32,000 nucleotides of DNA from Ignicoccus islandicus DSM 13165 (GTDB lineage Archaea; Thermoproteota; Thermoprotei_A; Sulfolobales; Ignicoccaceae). Both the position numbers and the translations under genes were made by a program. Where the stretch lies: assembly GCF_001481685.1 (NCBI RefSeq), contig NZ_CP006867.1:1170001-1202000 (forward strand), written 5' to 3'. This document shows, piece after piece, positions 27,598 through 32,000 of this stretch. Numbering within the stretch: the stretch's first letter is position 1; every line of letters starts with the position of its first letter. The notes under the pieces were generated by a model. That model did not search any database, was not told where the DNA came from, and worked only from the letters and a program-made list of their open reading frames with translations.

Positions 27598-28041
27598 TTA
27601 TGGACCTCTCCTCATTTCCGCTTCCGCTTCAATCGTGCTTATACTAGATTTCAGTTCGTCAACTAATTGCAATATCCTCTTAAGCTCTTCTTCAGGCAGT
27701 TTAACTTTCTCTAGGAACTCTTCTCCGTCTGCAGTTAACCTAAGCTTGTTCCTTCCAGGTACTTTTTCTATTAGGTTTAGATACAGCATGTCCATTACGT
27801 CTTGGTGTAGTTCGTTGCTGCCAATGACTTTTCCTATTTTTACAAACTGATAACCTATGTCGAGTCCCTTTTCCTTCATTTCGTACACTAGTTGAGTAAG
27901 GCCCTTCTCTGAAACGTTGCCTAAGTGCTTTATGATATGTAGTAATATCAACGCCTTCTTGTTCTTCTTAACGTCGTCTAGGGTGACTACTTGCCTAGAT
28001 ATTATCTTTAATTCCTTGCTCTTGCCCGTTGGCGAGGACAC
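27598..28041 (-). CDS. Small protein, winged-helix-like N-terminal part plus a C-terminal coiled-coil; first gene of the E2/JAB/E1 operon
   Basis: 147-aa ORF with a GTG start at 28041. Its stop is 19 nt upstream of the Ubl-E2-like ATG. The segments ALILLHIIKHLGNVSEKGLTQLVYEM...IGYQFVKIGKVIGSNELHQDVMDMLYLNLIE resemble wHTH / phage-associated antitoxin-like folds. The C-terminus EELKRILQLVDELKSSISTIEAEAE is helical. Confidence 0.4.
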   Translation of the reverse strand: MSSPTGKSKELKIISRQVVTLDDVKKNKKALILLHIIKHLGNVSEKGLTQLVYEMKEKGLDIGYQFVKIGKVIGSNELHQDVMDMLYLNLIEKVPGRNKLRLTADGEEFLEKVKLPEEELKRILQLVDELKSSISTIEAEAEMRRGP

Positions 28042-28060
28042 GATCTCAGCCCCTTTACCT

Positions 28061-28090
28061 TTCGTAATAAGCTCAATTAAGGTTTATTTG
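28061..28090. promoter_or_regulatory. Back-to-back TATA-like boxes of a divergent promoter
   Basis: The 71-nt gap between the divergent starts at 28041 (-) and 28113 (+) contains tttattt (28083-28089), about 27 nt upstream of the ATG at 28113. It also contains taataag (28065-28071; minus strand CTTATTA), about 27 nt upstream of the GTG at 28041. Confidence 0.35.
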
Positions 28091-28112
28091 TAAGCGCAGC
28101 GGGGACTAGAAA

Positions 28113-28772
28113 ATGCCGTCTTACGACGATCCGAGGTATTTGTTAGCTTGGTGGGGCCTAGAGAAAATAGAGAGGGTGGTTCGTTCCCCCGGGAAACCTA
28201 TAGATAAGGCGAGGGCGCAAAGTTTACTTAACGAGATGTGGAGCGAGCTCAAGAGGTTGAGATGGTCTGGTCTTCCTAGCGACATGGCTTCAAGTGAAGC
28301 TCAAAAGATAGCCAAGCTTGCGGGGGAAATGAGGGAGGTTTTAGGGCTTACCCCTAACGAAAAGGAATTGGTCAAATCTCAGGCTTACTGGGCCCTCGGT
28401 TACCTTCAAGCTTTACCACATTTATTGAAATTAGGGGAAGACGTGAGTCCCGGTGAGGCAGTTTACGTCGTCAGTGGAAGGATAACTGAAGTTGGGAACC
28501 ACCCAAATGCGGACAACTTGAAAGTTACCAGAGTTAACGTGGGTTACGTGGCCATCACTGTCGTAACCAATATCAAGGAGGTAAAAGAGGGTGAAGTTAG
28601 AGCCGTTGCCTTACTACCTCCTGTGGACCTACTTGGTGTGATTAGTAGGGGAATGTTCTGTTCCGATCCGCTCCAAGTTCCTGAGGGAAGACCTTTCCCA
28701 CCTTACGATAAGGGTTCCGTTAGAGCTCAAGTTGAGAGGATAGCGAAGGAAGCTCTAAAGATAAGGAAATGA
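28113..28772 (+). CDS. tRNA-binding (Trbp111/CsaA/EMAP-type OB fold) domain protein with an unknown N-terminal half
   Basis: The C-terminal GRITEVGNHPNADNLKVTRVNVGY...VVTNIKEVKEGEVRAVALLPPVDLLGVISRGMFCS matches the HPNADKL...GxxSxGMLCS tRNA-binding domain signature. Confidence 0.75.
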   Translation: MPSYDDPRYLLAWWGLEKIERVVRSPGKPIDKARAQSLLNEMWSELKRLRWSGLPSDMASSEAQKIAKLAGEMREVLGLTPNEKELVKSQAYWALGYLQALPHLLKLGEDVSPGEAVYVVSGRITEVGNHPNADNLKVTRVNVGYVAITVVTNIKEVKEGEVRAVALLPPVDLLGVISRGMFCSDPLQVPEGRPFPPYDKGSVRAQVERIAKEALKIRK

Positions 28773-28775
28773 AGT

Positions 28776-29369
28776 CTATCGCCCCCTCTTCAAAATGCTA
28801 CCCCTAACCATTACTCTGGCAACGTTTAGCAATATCCCTATTGCGATAGCAACTAGTAGAGGTAAGCTGACCTTTATCATAAATCCGTTAGGTAAGACCT
28901 CTGAAGCGTATTCCAAAAACGCAGCGAAGAGGTAAGGTATGGAATACCCTACAATGCCAGCGTAATTGAAAGGCATCGCAACGAATGCAACGGGTAAGAC
29001 AACGCTTGGAACCTCCTCTCCCGTTACTTTAACTTGAACCGGATAGCTCCCTAATAGGGGACTCACTACTACGCCCTTGAGCAAGGCTAGAATTGCTATT
29101 GGCAAGAGTATTGAGGCTCTTCGATAATCTAGTGATAGTAAGGCTAAGAAGAGACCGTAAGGAAGGATAGGGCTTCCGGAAAAGTAGTAGCAAGTAGTTG
29201 AGAAGATAAGTGAGCATATGGTCATGACGTCCAAGTTCAATGGAAACTTGGACGCGATAGCATAGATAACAGACGCTACTAGCATTGAGGCTGAGGCCTC
29301 TAACGGATCCAGCCAAAGGTATGCGAGGATCACTGCTAATATAAGCGGTACCTTGGAGGCTCCAACCAT
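28776..29369 (-). CDS. Polytopic membrane protein, function unknown
   Basis: 197 aa, almost entirely hydrophobic segments. It overlaps the upstream DUF58 gene by 34 nt. Confidence 0.5.
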   Translation of the reverse strand: MVGASKVPLILAVILAYLWLDPLEASASMLVASVIYAIASKFPLNLDVMTICSLIFSTTCYYFSGSPILPYGLFLALLSLDYRRASILLPIAILALLKGVVVSPLLGSYPVQVKVTGEEVPSVVLPVAFVAMPFNYAGIVGYSIPYLFAAFLEYASEVLPNGFMIKVSLPLLVAIAIGILLNVARVMVRGSILKRGR

Positions 29370-30325
29370 GGTATGACCCTCACTGAACCCATGGAACTTA
29401 ATCGAGACATGAAATTTCTAAGCTCTATCTCAACTTTCCGCTCAATGATCTCAATAGCCGGAAACAAGTCCCTTACGTTCGGTATACACGCTAGAGGGTT
29501 CAAGAGGAAGTAGTTCGCTGCCCTTTTAATGGATGCGTTAGGCCCGATTACCAGTAAATCTGCGTTCTCCTTCACTTCCTTCATTCCGGTATCCCTAAGA
29601 AATTCCGCTACCGATTCAGCGAAGCTACGGAAACACTCGTTAATTTTCCAAGGACCTAGCTCTACGGAGAACGTTTTCAGATTGGGGTTTTTAACCACTT
29701 CCTCTCTAACCCTCTTTAATTCCTTTACCTTTACTGTGCCCATAGGGTTCAACGTTTTCCATATAACTAGCCTTGGTTCATCGCCAGGCCTGTACTCTCT
29801 GGCGCCCTCTATTTCGGGTATTGCTTGGTATCCGCCTTCAACCTCAATCACCTTAGCTAAACCGAGCTCCTCTATTTTCCAAACTGCATAGAATTCGTTA
29901 AGAGGGAGGTATCCAGAGCACTCGCATTTTCCCCTCTCTACCTTCACCAATATGCCGTTCCAATAGACGAACGGTTGAGTCTTCAGGTCTATTTGATATT
30001 CTAGAATACCACTAGAAGACTTGAGGGAGCCCTTCAATGGTTGGACCGAGGATACTTCAACTATTTCCGATTGCTTGGGTCCGATTACCTTAACAAGTAG
30101 AGTGTCTCCAAAGCGTTCGACGCTCCTCCTAACTTTTATTTTCTTCTTTTTATTACAGTTCACTGCTTGGATACTCGCAGCCGTGAGGATGGAGGACGCT
30201 GCGAGGACTGGTCCTAACCACGGGAAGAAAAGTATTGCAGATGCTAGACCTATCGATGAATATAGAGCTACCTTCCTTCCATCTTCGTTTAAAGAGCACT
30301 GCGCTGGTATTAGATATTCCCTCAC
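29336..30325 (-). CDS. DUF58-family protein (vWA-like, usually MoxR-associated) with an N-terminal membrane hairpin
   Basis: Contains GAREYRPGDEPRLVIWKTLNPMGTVKVKELKR, which matches the DUF58 signature (REYxxGDxxRxIxWKxxARxGxLxVKE), and an N-terminal hydrophobic pair VALYSSIGLASAILFFPWLGPVLAASSILTAA. Confidence 0.7.
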   Translation of the reverse strand: MREYLIPAQCSLNEDGRKVALYSSIGLASAILFFPWLGPVLAASSILTAASIQAVNCNKKKKIKVRRSVERFGDTLLVKVIGPKQSEIVEVSSVQPLKGSLKSSSGILEYQIDLKTQPFVYWNGILVKVERGKCECSGYLPLNEFYAVWKIEELGLAKVIEVEGGYQAIPEIEGAREYRPGDEPRLVIWKTLNPMGTVKVKELKRVREEVVKNPNLKTFSVELGPWKINECFRSFAESVAEFLRDTGMKEVKENADLLVIGPNASIKRAANYFLLNPLACIPNVRDLFPAIEIIERKVEIELRNFMSRLSSMGSVRVIPWLEPPRYRLY

Positions 30326-30329
30326 TCTC

Positions 30330-30887
30330 TTACTTCACCCCGAACTTACCTATCACATACCCTAGGGCCAGTGAGTGATTAGTAAGGAACTCTGTTAAGT
30401 TGTTCGTCTCCAATTCACACGTATCCAATGCTATTACTAAGAAGTAATATCTGTGAACTTCTCCTTTAGGAGGGCACACGGGAAACCAACCTTTTTTCAA
30501 TGCACTATTATAATAAACTTTAACAACGTTCCCATGCGCATCTACTAATTCGAATAGATGAAAGAACGTTCCGCCTCTAGTATCTGGGTCGAAAACTATT
30601 ACAGCGTAACACGGGGCATCGTCATACCTACTCCATGAAATCTTAGGAACGCTTGCGTTACCGTAACACGTAAACTCCTTCTTTATAAATCCATTGGAGA
30701 TCGCGTCCGTCTTAACTTCTATTAGCGGAAGTCTTGTCTTCTTTATAAAGGCCCTTATATTTTCGTCGCTTATCTCTATGTACTTTGTTTTAATCGATAA
30801 CGAATATAGTTGATAGAACGCAAAGAGCGCTATACCAGCTACAACAACTATTAAAGCAATTGACTTCCTTTCAACTCTCAAGTTCAT
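30330..30887 (-). CDS. PEBP/YbhB-family (Raf-kinase-inhibitor-like) protein with an N-terminal membrane anchor or signal
   Basis: Contains VIVFDPDTRGGTFFHLFEL and PPKGEVHRYYFLVIALD (the PEBP DPD...H and HRY motifs), and an N-terminal hydrophobic segment IALIVVVAGIALFAFYQLY. Confidence 0.75.
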   Translation of the reverse strand: MNLRVERKSIALIVVVAGIALFAFYQLYSLSIKTKYIEISDENIRAFIKKTRLPLIEVKTDAISNGFIKKEFTCYGNASVPKISWSRYDDAPCYAVIVFDPDTRGGTFFHLFELVDAHGNVVKVYYNSALKKGWFPVCPPKGEVHRYYFLVIALDTCELETNNLTEFLTNHSLALGYVIGKFGVK

Positions 30888-30956
30888 TTCGCTTTCACTG
30901 TAACGACCTACGCGAAAAGCGATAATAATATCTTTGCAGAACTTCAGAAACGGAAG

Positions 30957-31994
30957 GTGTCAATCGTAATGTCTTTCCCTTACTTGAGACCAAGGAGACT
31001 TAGGAAGAACTTATACTTACGAGACTTAGTAGCTGAAACTAGGGTTTCTCCCCGGGATTTCATATTTCCGATCTTCGTAAAAGAGGGAATAAGTGAGCCG
31101 GAACCAATAAACAGCATGCCCGGTCAGTATAGGTGGCCTGTAGAAAAAGTTACAAAGATAGTATCTGATGCGTTGGAACTCGGTGTAAGAAACGTACTTA
31201 TTTTCGGTATACCTTCGTACAAGGACGAGCTCGGCTCCTCGGCCTATTCTAAAGACGGAGTGGTTCAGCGCGCCGTCAAGAAGATAAGGAAGGAATTTGG
31301 CGACGAAGTCGTAATACACACGGACGTATGCCTATGTCACTACACCACTCACGGTCACTGTGGCTTGTTAACTAGGAAATGCGTAGGCGATTTCTGCAGA
31401 GACGTTATAGACAACGACTCAACTATAGAGCTCCTAGGTAAGGTAGCGGTTACTCACGCTGAGGCCGGTGCGGATGTAGTAGCTCCGTCTTCAATGATGG
31501 ATGGTATGGTAAGGACAATTCGAAAGGCTCTCGACGAAGCCGGGTTTACCGATGTTGCGATAATGAGTTACGCAGCTAAGTACGCAAGTGCCTTCTATGG
31601 ACCCTTTAGGGAAGCTGCTGATAACGCTCCGCAGAAGGGCGATAGGAGAACGTATCAGATGGATCCGCGTAACGGCGAAGAAGCGATAAAGGAAGTTGCT
31701 TTGGACGTTGAAGAAGGCGCTGACATACTGATGGTAAAACCGGCCCTGGCCTACCTAGATGTGATAAGGCGCGTAAGGGAAGCCTTCCCGCATTACCCGT
31801 TAGCGGCTTACAACGTTAGTGGAGAGTATTCCATGGTTAAAGTAGCTGCCGCCAACGGACTCGTTGACGAGAAAAAGATCATCTTAGAGATACTACACGC
31901 AATAAAGAGGGCCGGTGCGAACGTGATAATTACTTATCATGCATTAGAGGCCGCGCAATGGCTTAAAGAAGGGTTGGATAGGGAACTTTTCTAA
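30957..31994 (+). CDS. hemB: Porphobilinogen synthase (delta-aminolevulinate dehydratase), zinc type
   Basis: Contains RPRRLR, FIFPIFV, the zinc-binding CLCHYTTHGHCG, and the Schiff-base lysines in SYAAKYAS and MVKPA. The start is a GTG at 30957 or an ATG at 30969. Confidence 0.92.
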   Translation: MSIVMSFPYLRPRRLRKNLYLRDLVAETRVSPRDFIFPIFVKEGISEPEPINSMPGQYRWPVEKVTKIVSDALELGVRNVLIFGIPSYKDELGSSAYSKDGVVQRAVKKIRKEFGDEVVIHTDVCLCHYTTHGHCGLLTRKCVGDFCRDVIDNDSTIELLGKVAVTHAEAGADVVAPSSMMDGMVRTIRKALDEAGFTDVAIMSYAAKYASAFYGPFREAADNAPQKGDRRTYQMDPRNGEEAIKEVALDVEEGADILMVKPALAYLDVIRRVREAFPHYPLAAYNVSGEYSMVKVAAANGLVDEKKIILEILHAIKRAGANVIITYHALEAAQWLKEGLDRELF

Positions 31995-32000
31995 TGCTCA

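Noticed and set aside
27598-27610. The C-terminus ...MRRGP of the 147-aa protein as a possible ubiquitin-like tail, which would make this gene the free Ubl.
   Set aside because: There is no Gly-Gly or terminal Gly. The protein reads as helical (wHTH/coiled-coil) rather than beta-grasp. The beta-grasp-like segment is instead at the N-terminus of the next gene.
21525-30887. The idea that the region after rpoB is a recently integrated mobile island.
   Set aside because: No integrase, transposase, tRNA target, flanking direct repeats or viral genes were seen. Composition could not be computed reliably by eye. It was kept only as a synteny anomaly.

Overview
This is a densely packed archaeal chromosome segment, about 95% coding, and looks crenarchaeal/TACK-type. 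The evidence is an unsplit 1132-aa RNA polymerase subunit B preceded by rpoH, plus aIF2-gamma, CDC48, Taw1, archease and RNase P Pop5. Promoters are AT-rich TATA boxes about 25-35 nt upstream of start codons, GTG/TTG starts are frequent, and many genes overlap. The housekeeping genes are a GltB-like FMN protein, an HDAC-family deacetylase, argH, hemB, a CBS protein, a PP-loop ATPase, two orphan ABC substrate-binding proteins and several membrane proteins. No rRNA, tRNA, CRISPR array, transposase or integrase was recognised.

The most interesting locus is a tightly overlapping minus-strand operon at 25296-28041. It encodes a small wHTH-like protein, a 251-aa protein that reads as an N-terminal beta-grasp (ubiquitin-like) domain fused to a UBC/E2-like core, and a JAB/MPN+ protein with a perfect JAMM motif plus an unknown C-terminal domain. 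The last gene is a minimal 262-aa ThiF/MoeB-type E1 with two CxxC pairs. Together these look like a miniature ubiquitin-like conjugation/deconjugation cassette, collinear with bacterial Bil-type systems as I recall their gene order, but in an archaeal context.

A second, even smaller ThiF-like E1 (187 aa) sits 9 nt after rpoB, where rpoA' is normally found. It is followed by a 595-aa protein made of repeated winged-helix-like modules.

Three candidate C/D box sRNAs were found by box spacing; two are in tandem and share a compensatory box variant. All functional calls come from motif reading of the supplied translations. No database search or structure prediction was possible.
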